From NCBI GenBank assembly GCA_013265495.1, contig MU058289.1:682001-746000 (forward strand): DNA of 64,000 bases, read 5' to 3'. Shown here piece by piece: positions 24,101 to 36,235 of this stretch. The DNA comes from Vicugna vicugna. Taxonomy: Eukaryota. A program made the translations under genes and the position numbers. Numbering within the stretch: position 1 is the first letter of the stretch; each line of letters begins with the position of its first letter. Under the pieces are notes generated by a model. That model was given only the letters and a program-made list of their open reading frames with translations, had not been told where the DNA came from and did no database searches.

Positions 24101-27100
24101 AGGGAGTGTGTGGGGCCTTGTGGCTGTGGTCAGGATGTCAGTCAGGATGACATCCGGGTTACGATGGGCTGAGGTGGGGTGTTACCTGTTTCACATTTCC
24201 AAAGGAGATCTCTGGATGCTGGCTGAGGAGTCGACTGGGGGAAGGGATGCCCACGGAACTGCTAGCAGTGGCGTGTCTCTGGGAAAGGGAACTGGGGGCT
24301 GGAGTAGCAAGGAAACTTACCTTTCTCCATATAATCTGTGTACTGTGAAAAAAAATCTTTCGAGTGTGTGTGTATAATCTTTACTCAAAAAATAAATGAA
24401 AAGGAAAAAAATATTTGTAACTAATATTTATTGGACATTTACTATGATCCATGCCGCTTATCACAGTGAACCCTTATGATTAATTGAGGTGAGACAGTCC
24501 GTGTAAGTGGAAGACAGTGCAGCCCACATCACCCAGCCACAGCCTTTTCTTGTGTTTAGCTGCCCCAGATGGGAGACATAAAAGCAAGATGGGCAGAGCT
24601 ACCAGCCTCACAGCCCTGGGATCTCTGAATCACTTTCCCTCCCAGACTTGGTATTATCCAGCTTCTGGGGTTTTGCCAGTTGGACAGATATCAGGCAATG
24701 TCTGTTTGCTGTTTTAACGCAGTCCCATTTTTTGATTACTAATGGGTTGAGCATCTTTCAACAGAACGCAAGCTTTCTTAGCTCACAATCATTGTGTTGA
24801 ACAGTGTCTCAGACGGCTTTTAATTGAAGCAACAGAGGTCAACTCTGGCTCATTTAGGGATTATACGATACGATGTTGGATAGAGTGGAGACTTGCCAGG
24901 AAGGCCAGAAAACCAGGCTTGGAGAATAAATGAAGCTGTCCAGCCGGGACCACATTAAAAGCTGTGCCACTGACCCAGTCCAGTGAGGAGACAGGAGCCC
25001 TTCCCCCAGACACACACACACTGAACGCGGGCCCCAGAGCCGCATTCTGTTCACCACCACTGCTTCTTTGTGCCACTTCGTAGCCTCAGATTCAGAATTT
25101 GGGCAGTTGCACTTGATGGGCTGAACACAAGAGAACTGCTCAGAAAATAAGGGCCCAGAATTCTCCGCTTCTCCAGTGGGAGCTGGGCTCTGCTTCCCAC
25201 CAAGATTCAAGATTCATACGTGGGCAGTTTTCTAAACGCGGAAAGGGTTTCAGATGCTAGGCAAACAGAGGTTGACCAGAGGCCTATGTGGGGCCTCTCG
25301 GAGGTCAAGACAGTTTAGATCACCTTCTATATTTTGAGGTTCCCAGTATATGAAAAGCAAGTGATGAGGCCCAAATGGCACTGAATAGTGGGGCAGCATT
25401 CTTAACAAGACGTAAGAAATGTAATTGTACCATTCACAAATAGTTTTAAGGTTTCATTTGTATTTTGATGGGCTTCATAACAGGGTAGAGCCAGAAATGG
25501 GCCACAGATTTAAAGTTGGGGCCTGTCAAGGTAGTCCTGCAACTGGATATCTTTAAGCTTATTAAGTGATCACATCAGAAGAGTAATTATGAGGCCTGGG
25601 CCAGACACCAGACACCTCCAGGCTGGCGCTTTGACAGGCCCTGGTGTGAGCAGACGGTCCCGAGCTACGATGCTCTGAGTACCGGATCCACTCTCGGGCA
25701 GCAGCCCCTTCCTCAGGCAGTCTGGTCCTACCAGCCTCAGCCAAGAGCTGCCCTAAATGTTGTAGATGTTGTGCAGATGCCGTGTGCCAAAGAGGCACAT
25801 TACTTCACCCTGAGGGCATCTAAAATTAAATGTAACCATGTTATTGAATGAGCTGGACTTAACTTTACTCTTCCCCTGCACTCCTTCTTCCTACAGCTTG
25901 CATGGCTCCTTGGGTACCATGGCTTCTTTGGACACTCTTAGACAATAGAAAGTCCAGTCCAGTTAAATAATCGCATGGCTTCAGGCCAGCTTAATATGAC
26001 AATTCTGAATTCTGTTCTCAGTAGCACTTCCCCCCACCAGGCTCTGCAGCGCCTCGGACTCATAGCTTGGAGGGGACGGTGGGGCACAGTCTCCATTTCT
26101 CTTTCTTTGCTCCACGTGGTCTTATCACCTCTGCTACTGTTAGCTGCTGCTTTGGACCCGCCTAGGGTTCTGCCCTCTGGGCAGAGAGGAGGGCTGGCCT
26201 GGTATAGTTATGACCTGGAGCTGATGCCCTCCGGATGGGGCATTCATTCTCCCATGGGGACCTCTCACCAGTTCTTGGACCTCCCTGGCTGGCACCTTTC
26301 CCTGCATTTCCCTTGGATGTGGGGTGCCTCCTCTCCTTGGCCACATTCAACCCCCTCTCAGCCCCTGGATATCCCCTCTGTAGGCTGCATTGCTCCTCTA
26401 GGCTGACGCTTGGATGAGATCGTTACAAAATGACTACAGGCTGGCTCCTCAGCAAAGGATCCTCGTTTGGTCCAAGAGAGCCATGCGCCTTTGTCGCATT
26501 ATTGGTGGAACAACAGCTCACTCCAGTGTAAGCTTCTCTCCTGGTTGGCTCTGCCAGGCCCAGCGAGCCTCTCATGTTTTGATTTCTCCCAGCAAGCATC
26601 TGGCACGAGCCCTCGCATCCTCTAAACTTCAGGGGGCATAGCAAGCTCTGCCAGTGGCTGTCCTGAGGTCCCTTTATTGTGTATCTCATTGGAGAGCAGG
26701 GGGTTCCCTCTCTAAAGTTTTTGACAGATACTTCCATATTACCTTCCTGAAGATGCTCAGTGACGTACAATCCCCAGCAGCTGTGTGTGAGAGTAACCTT
26801 TTCCGTGAACATTCTCTAGCACTGGCTATTTTGAATCTTTTAACATTTTGCTAATAGGATAGGTAGAAATGATGATCTCTTGTTGTTTTAGCTTACATTT
26901 TGAGGATTCTTTCAACTTAAGTGATCCAAGTCTGTTTCATATCAATACAGGAAAAGATGGACTATTCAGTAAATAATGTTGGGGTAGTTGACTGTCTGTT
27001 TGGAAGGGTTACAATTAGATAACAAAAGGAAAACTCAGGTTTTTTAAAGATCAAATGTGTTTTTCAAAAATATAAAAGTTGTATAGATATTATGTAATTT

Positions 27101-27405
27101 TTAAGTCTTGTAAATGATAAGCCTTTTTCAAAAAATGTGACATAATCATAGAAGTCATCAAATAAATGGCAAATATGAGCACATAAAATATAAAACTATG
27201 GAAAAAATTATCATTAACAAAATAAGACCACTACTTTCCTACAGATATAACTGATAAAGGGTTTATATACTAATATTCAAAGAATTCCTGCAAATTAAAT
27301 AAGAAAAAAGCCAGTATAGAAAGAAACATAAATTACTGTGTACAGTACACAGATATTTTCTATCTCAATTTTTATCCAAGAAATTAAAATTAAAATAGAG
27401 CTGAG

Positions 27406-28001
27406 TGTGATGGCTTTTTTTTTTTTTTGATGAGGGGAAGTAATAAGGTTTATTTATTTATTTGGTTAATGGAGATACTGGGGATTGAACCCAGGACCTC
27501 GTGTATGATAAGCATGCTCTCTACCACTGAACTATTCCCTTCCCCCTCTGAATGTGATGTTTTATTCTATGTTATCAGCTTTTCTGGGCCACAGTGCCTA
27601 TATATTTGATCACACATTATTCTCAATGTTTCTGTGAGGATATTCTTGGATGAGATTTACACTTAAATTGGTGGACTTTTGAGTAAGGCAGATTTCCCTC
27701 CATTGATGTAAGCGGGCCTCATCCAATCCATTGAAGACTTGAATAGAAAAAATAGCTGACCTCCCCTGAGCAACAGGGAGTACTCCACCAGACTTTATCT
27801 TTAATATCATCTCCACCTGATTTTCCTTTCGACCTGAACAGCAGCTCCTTCCTGAGCCTCCAGCCTCCTGGCCTCCTCCGTCAGATTCTATCCTCACCAA
27901 ACCACCACAATCAAGTGAGTCAGTTCTTTAAATAACTCTCCTTCAATGCGTCTTTCAACATCCTATTGGCTCTGTGTCTCTGGAGGACCCTAACTAATAC
28001 A
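27406..28001 (+). mobile_element. MLT2-type (ERVL) LTR, interrupted near its 5' end by a SINE
   Basis: tgtgatgg start; gagtaaggcagatttccctcc...gggcctcatccaatc...ctctggaggaccctaactaataca end. Confidence 0.8.
27415..27546 (-). mobile_element. Vic-1-like SINE
   Basis: ggggattgaacccaggacctcgtgtatgataagcatgctctctaccactgaacta; TSD ctgagtgtgatg / ctgaatgtgatg. Confidence 0.85.
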
Positions 28002-28269
28002 CTGATTCATTCAATTTTAAATGTTAATTTTTAAAAAAATTAAAATATGGTATTTTTCCTTACTAGCAGGATAAGTTATGGGGTCTTTTACAGAATGTTA
28101 GGGGAGAGAGGGTTGATTTACTGAGGGGAGGTAATTTGCCAATATTTCAAATGTATGCACCACTTAATACAGCACGATCACTTTTAGGAAATGTCCAAAT
28201 GTACAGCATTTATGTAAAAGGATGTTCCTTGTAGCATTATTTATAATAGTGACCAGTCAGAGGTTCTTT

Positions 28270-30060
28270 TTTATTATTCATTCATTTATCAAGTACCAAA
28301 TGCCTACTCCATGCTAGGTACTGTTTTTGGCACCTGGGTATATAGTAATGAATAAAACAAACGGTGACTGCTGTCAAGGGCTTCTCGGTCTACACGGAGG
28401 AATCATATATTAAACAAATGAATAGGCAAACGTGTAAATCAAACTGTCACAGCACAGCTTGAGATAATGGAGGGGAGGAGGACTACTTGAGATGGGTGAA
28501 CAGGGAAAGACTCTCTAAAGAGAGACACTGGAGAGAAAACCTGAAAGAAGGGGACGAGCCAGCCAAGTAGAGTGCGGAGGAGACTGCGTGTGGAGATTAA
28601 GAGCTTGAGGTCAGGCCAGCAGAATGGTATCAGTGAAGGCCGCGGGGGAGCTTGGAGAGAGAGGCAGGGCCAGATGGGCACAGGGCTGGTCAGCTAGGAA
28701 AAGGGGATCAGAATGAGAAGCCAGTGAAAGATTTTATTCAGAGCAATGACGTGATGTAATTTACATTCTTCAAATGTCCCTCTGGCGTGGTACGACCTGA
28801 TGGGAACAAAGACAAGAGGAAAGACCAGGTTGGAAGCTTTCACAGTAGGCCGGGTGAGAGGTAATGGCTGCCATGGAGTTGGAGAGAGGTAGATTCACAC
28901 AAGGTATATTCTGGAAATAAACACAATTGGACTTGACGGTGAATTGCACGTGGCTAGTAAGAGAGAAGGCATCAAAAATGATTCCCTGACCACTATACAT
29001 CTATCAGAATGGCTAAAGTAAAAATACTAAATGCAGATGCAGAATGGCACAGCCAACTATTCGCCTTCAGTTTGCCAAACAGACTGAAGGTATCTTGAAA
29101 AGTTAAACACAATTACTATATGACTTGGCCATCCGTCTCCTGGATATCTGACCTAGAGAAATGGAAACTCATATCCACACAGAAACCTGTGCGTGAATGT
29201 TCAGAGCAACTCTGTCCATAGTTGCCCTAAACTGAAACAACCCAAATGTCCTTTAGTGGATATATGAATAAGCAGACGGTGGCAGAGTCATATAACAGAC
29301 AAACCACTCAGCAATGAAAGGAAACAAACTATGACACAATAACTAGGGTGAAGTGCAAAGATATTATGCTGAGCGATGGAAGCAAGTCTCAGAAGGTTAA
29401 AGACTATATGAATCCTTGTATGTGACATTCTTGAAAAGGTACAGCTCTGATGGTAAGGACAGGTCTGTGGTCATCAGTGGTTAGGGCTGAGGGGAAGATG
29501 TCTGTAACTGCTTTTTATCTTGATCATGGTGGTGTTACAGGAATCTATGTGTGTTAAATTCACAGAACTGTGCACCCCTCCCTGAAAAAAGTTCTTTTTT
29601 ATTCTATGGTCATTTTAAAATCAATCAATCAATCATAAGGGGGTGGTGCAGCTCAGCAGTAGAGCACATGTTTAGCATGCAGGAGGTCCTGGGTTCAATC
29701 CCCAATACCTCCATTTTTTAAAAAAATCATTAAAAAAAATGATACCTGGGCTTCTGGCATGGGCAAAAAAGGAAGATTCCACCATTTACAGAGGTGGACT
29801 AGGCTGAGCGGTGAGGCCAGATTTGGGTGGAAGAAATGAAGAGTTTGGCCTGGACTTGTGAAGTTGAGCTGTTCCCTGGACACAGCTGGATACACAAGAG
29901 TCTGAGGCTGGAGATAGAAATCTGGGAGTTATTAATGATTAAAGCCTAGTAATGAATTAGAATACCTGGGGAGAGGGTGTAGGGCGAGAGCAGAAGGGGA
30001 GAGCCTTCCAGAATAATGCCTTCCAGAGGGTGGGGGCAGGAGGAGGAGCCAGGGTTGAGA
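28270..30060. mobile_element. L2 fragment split by an old L1 3' piece (~28990-29630) and a SINE
   Basis: L2 text on both sides; similar junctions aaaaatgattccctg (~28975) and aaaaatgatacctgg (~29735). Confidence 0.6.
29639..29740 (+). mobile_element. Vic-1-like SINE
   Basis: gcagctcagcagtagagcacatgtttagcatgcaggaggtcctgggttcaatccccaatacctcc + A tail. Confidence 0.85.
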
Positions 30061-31167
30061 TGGAGGGCTCTGCGGGTTGTTAGGAGCACCTCTCCCCTGC
30101 CTGGCTGTGTCCTCCAGAGACCTCCCTTGTGGGGAGGGCTGCAGGGAGTGGGGCAGGGACTTTGAAATGAGAATGAGGGCTTGGTAAGAATGATTTTAGA
30201 AAGTCAGCAGGTCTCTGCAACTGTTTGCCATCAGATCTGGGCAAAATTATCTCTGAGCTGCACTTTCGGCAAAATGATGCTTCCTCCTGCTTCCTTTGCT
30301 ACCCACCCAAGCCCGCTCTGAGCCATCCCTACTCATCTGTCCCCGACAGCTGAACCCTCCTCAGCCTCCACTGCTGCAGGGCCCGCCAACTGGCCGCCAG
30401 TCCGCAGCCTTCAGGCCTGTTTTGTCCTCACCACACACAATCCTTTAATATTTTGAATTGGTTCTCTGAATATAAGAGCTCAAAAACATCAACAGCAGCT
30501 GGATTTTCAACTTGAAAAACTGAAAGGTATGGCAGCACTGAGCCCACTGCCCTGCTGGGTAACAAGACAGGAGCTGAACTTAGATGAGCACGTGCCCTGC
30601 AGCAGTCACTACTGCTCCCTACGCATCTCCAGCACCCAGAGGAGAGCTGGTTTGTCACCTGTTTGTGCCCCGATCTCTGCCCTTTTGTGTAACCTGAGTT
30701 GTCCCACAGCCATTCCGACTTCTGCAGAGTGGCACAGCAAAAGCAAAGACCTGCTTGGCTTATTGAAACATGGGAAGATTTTTTTGATGGTATGTACACC
30801 TATATAACATGGGCACAGAGGTGAGGGGCCATAACATTTTTGATCAACTTTTTAAATTGAGGCTTAATCTACATTCAATTAATTGCACCCATTTAAGTAC
30901 AGAGGTCACTAACTTGACAAATGTAGACCTCTGTGTAACTCCTCCCTCCATCAAGTTAGAGACTATCCATCACCCCAAAATGTCCCTCTGATATCCTGCC
31001 ATCAACCCCTTCCCCATCTCATTCTCAGCCCCTGGCAACCACTGATCTGCTTTCTACCAGTTAAAGGGATTCTGGTACCAATTCCAGTCTGGCAGGGTGT
31101 TTTCCCCATCACTGACAAGCAATTCTCCAGGTACCAGCTGTCTCAGATTCCACAGGGTACTGGCTCT

Positions 31168-31652
31168 GTGATACATATACACAATGGAATATTACTCAGC
31201 CATAAAAAAGAATGAAATAATGCCATTTGCAGCAACATAGATGAACTTAGAGATGATCATACTAAGTGAAGTAAGTCAGACCGAGAAAGATAAATATCAT
31301 ATGATATCACTGATATGTAGAATCTAAAATATGACACAAATGAACTTATTTATGAGACAAAGACAGACTCACAGACATAGAAGACAAACTTACAGTTACC
31401 AAAGGGGAAAAGGAATGGGGGAGGGATAAATTAGTAGTTTGGGATTGGTATATAAAAACTGCTATATATAAAATACATAATAAAATCCTGTTGTATAGCA
31501 CAGGGAACTATATCCAATATTCTATAATGAACCAAGATGGAAAAGAATATGAAAACGAATATGTATATATATGTGTGTAACTGAATCACTTTGCTGTACA
31601 CCTGAAACTAACACAATATTGTAAATCAACTATACTTCAATTAAAAAAAAAG
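31168..31652 (+). mobile_element. L1 3' end with poly-A
   Basis: acaatggaatattactcagccataaaaaagaatgaaataatgccatttgcagcaaca...tatacttcaattaaaaaaaaa. Confidence 0.9.
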
Positions 31653-31933
31653 ATGAGGGTTGTGCTCAAAGTGTAGAGAACCACTAGAAAAACAAGGAGA
31701 CAAGGGAATCAGTGAGCCACAAGCCCCTAACTGTGCATAAATTACAAGTAGTAACTTAGGCATCCAGGAACACATATCCTCATCTTCACATGGGCACAAT
31801 GTGTGTTGTAGTGACTCCATGAACAAGAAGACTGGTTAGCTCTCCTGTTCCCAAGAACACCAAGCAGGGCCATGTACCCTTCCACAGGGCAACATCCCTC
31901 ATGATCCCCACCCCACTCATTCAACCCTCTCTT

Positions 31934-31947
31934 GTTTCCATGGCAAC
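31934..31947. promoter_or_regulatory. Near-perfect RFX X-box
   Basis: GTTTCCATGGCAAC matches GTTNCCATGGNAAC. Confidence 0.5.
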
Positions 31948-33850
31948 CAAGCTCTGATAATAAGGGTGGGACTTTTTAATCAATAAAAGGAGAAGAGCTT
32001 TTAGTCGAGACTTACCAGTTAAATGATACTTGACCTTAGAAAGGGTCCATCCAGTAGGTTTGTTCTTCATTTAGTAATGCTGTGTCCCTGCAGCCTCAGC
32101 CAGCCAGCTTTCAAAAGCCCCTTTCTGAATGAGCAGCGTCCAGATATCTTGGTGCCAGAGCTACTGACTGGAACCTTAAGGAATCTCCCCTTAGTTGAGC
32201 CATAATAACTAAGGTAAACACTAAGATTTCATATCTCCTGCAAAGCAAATAGAGTTCAGAAATTCCAGGATCATAAAATAATTTAAAATAAGAGAAGATG
32301 TCATTGGGTAGATCCTAGTAGGGTATAGGACTCTTAGGTTAGGCTTACCTATTAGAGTTAAGATGCATTTGGCTGAGACTATCTGGCCAATACCGAGTCA
32401 ACCATAGGAATGTTTGTTGCTTTTGGAGGTGGTGATCCCAGTTTAACAAGATCATCAAAGGCCCCAGCTCTCTCCATCCTTCTTCTCTGCCACCCTTAGC
32501 TTGTTATCTTTCCTCTTCAAGTTTGCGGCCTTATGGCCCCAAAATGGCTGCTGCAGCTCCAGGTCCTTCTCACATAAAAGCTCCCAAACCAGGAAGGGAG
32601 AGGGCAGCTCCTCACACGTTCATCTCTTTTAGCATGGAGGAAAATCTTTCCCAGAGACCCTTAGCAGACCTTTTGTTGGCTAGAATTGGGTCACATGTCC
32701 ATCCTGAGACCAGTCACCAATAAAGGGGAACAAGATTATCATGATTAGTTCTAACTGTGATTCAACTCCTGGGGGCTCTACAGCAGGGGATGATTGATTT
32801 GGTTGTCTTACTGTACCCTTCTGTTCTGAATCCAGTGAAATCACCTTCTTCCAGAAATATTTCTGTACCCCATTTCCTCTTCTGCAACATTTTCTGTCCC
32901 CTAGTCCCACATCTCCATTGTGGGGGAGGGGAGGAGGGTGTAAACTCCATGCACCTTCCTACTTCCACCAGGGTTTATCAGTTTCATTCCTTCTAGCCCA
33001 TTCTTTTCTGGCATGTGATCCCAGCATCCTTTCCCCAGAACATGGACACCATCTTGATGCTTTGATGTCCTTCCGTATAATTTTTCAGAACTGGCCTTAA
33101 CAGGAAGTCAGCAAGTTTCTCTCTTTTCTTTGCAAAGTTTTAGGGGCCACAACTCCCTGTATTGCTTGGATCTTAAAAAAATTTTTTTAACCAGAGGGGT
33201 CATGTCAGAGAGAGGAAGGTAAAAATTTGAGCGCTTTCTCACACTACTTCACTGTGTTTGTCCCCATCCCATTCCCCTCCACTAGACTCTATCTTCCACC
33301 TCTGATTCTCCTGTCTTGGAGTCTATGGTCTGACTTTTCTTCCAAGTCTTATTCTACTTACATTGTTGCTCTGCTACTTCCTTTTGAGATGATTCTTGTG
33401 ACTAATTTTGCAGACTCCCAGACTTCTTGTTCCTACCCCTCAATCTGTTCTTCACTGCCCTCCTCCCCCAGCCCTAACCTAGTCTAATGTTTTCCCCTTC
33501 CCAGGGTGCAGGTGAAGTCGACTTACCTCTCCTGCTTTGCATCACAGCTTCCCTTGCCCCCCGCCTCACCCAGCTTCCACCGCCAACCCCCTGCACTCCC
33601 CCAACAACCCCAGCCCATATACGCACATTGGGAGGCAACCTGCTAAATTAGCCAAAGTCTCTGGTGACAGGTGATGTATTCAACTCGGGAAAAAGGCATG
33701 AAGCCAGCCTAGTGTCCTCTCTGCTTCCTGCCTGCCCCTCTGCCCTCTTCTTCTGCTGCTGGTTCCTGACTAGCCTGTGCTGAGGGGGTTCACCACTCAC
33801 TACGTTCAGTCAGGCTGCAGTGAATGTCTTTGCCCGTTTCTTCATGACTT

Positions 33851-33936
33851 TTTTTTTTTTTTTTGATGGAGATTGAACCTAGGACCTCGTGCATGCTAAT
33901 CATGTGCTCTACCACTAAGCTATACTTCCCACTCCC
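33851..33936 (-). mobile_element. Vic-1-like SINE
   Basis: gattgaacctaggacctcgtgcatgctaatcatgtgctctaccactaagcta; TSD tcttcatgactt 33839-50 / 33937-48. Confidence 0.85.
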
Positions 33937-34213
33937 TCTTCATGACTTCTTGAGTTAGCTTCCCTAGGTTTCTGGTGACACTTGGTGATTTAAAACTTCT
34001 AGCCTCCTCCCCATTTCCCAATAAGCTGAGACTTGCCCTGTGGCCCAGGGAACCTCTGACAGGGATGAGTCAAGTCTCCCCTTCTTCCCATCTTTCTCGG
34101 TTGCACTGCCCTGGGTTTTGGTGAACGGAGACCCTTCCTTCTAGAAGGGAAAAACTCCTACTTCATGGCCATCAGTGACTTCCTTTTGTAAACATTAAAA
34201 AACTTGTTGTGCT

Positions 34214-34336
34214 GGGGGAGGGTGTAGTTCAACTGACAGAGAGCACGCCTAGCATGCACAAGGTCCTGGGTTCAATCCCCAGTACCTCTATTAAAAAAAA
34301 AATTAAGTAAATGAACCTGATTACCCCCCCCAAAAA
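34214..34336 (+). mobile_element. Vic-1-like SINE
   Basis: gggggagggtgtagttcaac...agcatgcacaaggtcctgggttcaatccccagtacctc. Confidence 0.85.
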
Positions 34337-34397
34337 TTCCTTGTGTTAATTAACAACATTATGCTGCTAAGAAACCTTGTTCTCTAAAATCACAAAC

Positions 34398-34819
34398 TGT
34401 CAGAAACATGGCTGTTTGAAACCCTATCAGTGAGAATGGACCCCTCACTGCGGCTTGGAGGATCTGGGCGGAACCCTCTGACCCAGAGAAGCAGCCTTCA
34501 GCCCCCAGAGCTTCAGATAAAGAGTTTTCAGACACAAAATTCTACGTTTACCTTTATTTTGTATTTTCCAAAGAAATAGGACCCTGAGTCTGCTTTAACC
34601 CAGGCCTAAAATTCACCTCTTTCCACCCAGGTGTGCTTTGCTTTGAACCTATCAAACACTATTTCAGTGGAATATCACTTAAATGTCACCCTGACCCCAA
34701 ACCTATAATAATCCTGTTTCTTTTTTTGTGAGATGCTCCACCCTTCCTCTGGAGCGTGGTCTCCTTTGCTCCAGCAAGATAATGAACCTAACTCTGTTGG
34801 GCTGCTGTCGTGTGAGACA
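34398..34819 (+). mobile_element. Probable solo LTR
   Basis: tg...ca ends, TATA-like ctataata, LTR-like U5 text (gtggtctcctttgctccagcaag...aacctaactctgtt). Confidence 0.45.
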
Positions 34820-34860
34820 GGCTCTGTCACTCTGTGAGCGATGAGACCTGGTCTCTAGCT

Positions 34861-35095
34861 CATGCTTTCTCAGCAGGGGCAAAATTGCCCCCGTAGAGGT
34901 GGAAATTAATTCTGGGGGAGTCAAAAAATCCTACAGCGAATTGTGGCCTTCCAGAGGGCCACACACATGAACAGATATATAGTATGCCTGTTGCATTAAA
35001 ATTTCATGGACAGGGAAGGGAAGATACTGAGTAGGAGGAAAAATCCAGAAAGGCTCCTTGAAGGAACAGTGATACAAAAAGTCTGAGAGGCACTG
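34861..35095. mobile_element. hAT-Charlie-type MITE
   Basis: TIR-like catgctttctcag ... ctgagaggcactg. Confidence 0.55.
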
Positions 35096-36235
35096 CCTTA
35101 GTTTATACTGAGTAGATTTTGGTATCTGCTGTGAGTCAGGTACCCAATCGTCGGTTCTCTTTTGCAGCTAGACTGCGTTCTTCCAACCTCAGTCTTGGGA
35201 GATCCAACCTGGTCTGACTTCTTGCAGCACCCCCAGAGCTCCCACCTGCGCCTGGGATCCCCTCACCCATGGGAGACTCACACCTGCTTGCTCTGCCAAA
35301 TGGGGAGAATGCGTGATGCCTGCATCACTCGTACAGATGCTCCCATGCCGTCTCTGCCCATCTCCTTCCCCTGCCTAGATGGGCACAGGGCAGCACCCTC
35401 AGAGTACACCCTCCACCCCATGAGTACCTCTTTCCCCTTGGTTTCCGAGGGATACGGAAAACACTATAACTCTCTCCCGTCACCACCACCCAGGCTCTGA
35501 TGACTTTTCATCGTCCCCACCCCTCAGCCTCAGCTTATACAACTGGGGTGGGGGTGGGGCGGTGCTGGGTGATGCTTGCCTCTTCTTCCTCAGCATAAAC
35601 CCTGGGGAAGGAGTCTGCTCTTGTTCTTCGTGGCTCTCTCTGGAATGCATGGCTTCCAGCTCCTCTTTGTCCTCCGACTTGGGTCCTTGTTTCCACGCCT
35701 GGAGTTGCAGGACTCCACCACACCTTCGTTCCCTTCTGAACCATGTTCAGACCCATGTTCACATCAAGGCCCCTGTGCCTCGGGACAGACAGATAAGCCA
35801 TGGGACAGAAACACAGCTCACTCCTTCATCTCTGCACAGAGACAGTGTCTTTCTCCCATCACCTGAGACCCAGTCGCCCACCCATAGCCAGTCCTCATTC
35901 CCCAGTGACCTTAACCCCGGGAAGAAAGCAGATGCTAAAGACGTTAATATTGAAATCCCTGAAGTTCTGAGCCCAGCCATCTGCACACAGTAGCAATAAA
36001 TGTTTGAGAACCAAAACTGACTGAGTGCAAACACGTGCCAGCATTTCTCGGGTTGCCTTGCCGGGGGAGGAAGCCTTGACCAACTCTTTCTCATGTACCA
36101 TCGCTCAGTGGAAAATGAAAAATTACTAAATGATCCCGTTTTGATAAAAATAGCTCTGAAGAACATACATCTGTCTTTGTAGTAACCCGAACTGGGCTGA
36201 CAAATTCTCTTAATTTTATTTTTCCAAAGGGGTTC

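Larger units (their letters stand above)
3262..35800 (+). pseudogene. Multi-exon decayed (unitary) pseudogene, putative large lipid-transfer protein (apoB/apolipophorin/LOC400499-like) with C-terminal VWD/C8-like region; 5' end probably left of window
   Basis: Exon-like blocks with polypyrimidine-AG acceptors and mostly GT/GC donors (some donors mutated): 3612-3712, 3945-4005, 5899-6131, 6213-6403, 6803-7289, 7524-7864, 8814-8996, 9063-9156, 9395-9467, 10325-10903, 11459-11571, 11919-12053, 12476-12601, 13876-13948, 14067-14118, 14245-14393, 14487-14672, 14773-14898, 15108-15191, 19353-19539, 19655-19707, 19808-19878, 20176-20308, 20444-20504, 20610-20692, 21353-21519, 24560-24694, 26402-26527, 26593-26784, 30350-30526, 30710-30789, 32094-32213, 32997-33106, 33505-, 33968-34062, 35168-, 35594-. 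Several are open and phase-matched; many carry stops or frameshifts. Family assignment is from recalled motif resemblance only. Confidence 0.65.

Noticed and set aside
29639..29715. tRNA-Ala-like sequences (here and five other sites)
   Set aside because: They have A tails, most have TSDs, and they are diverged: SINE copies, not tRNA genes.
35995..36000. AATAAA as the poly-A signal of the hidden plus-strand gene
   Set aside because: Context (cacacagtagcaataaatgtttg) looks like an L2 3' end, so it cannot be assigned to the gene with confidence.
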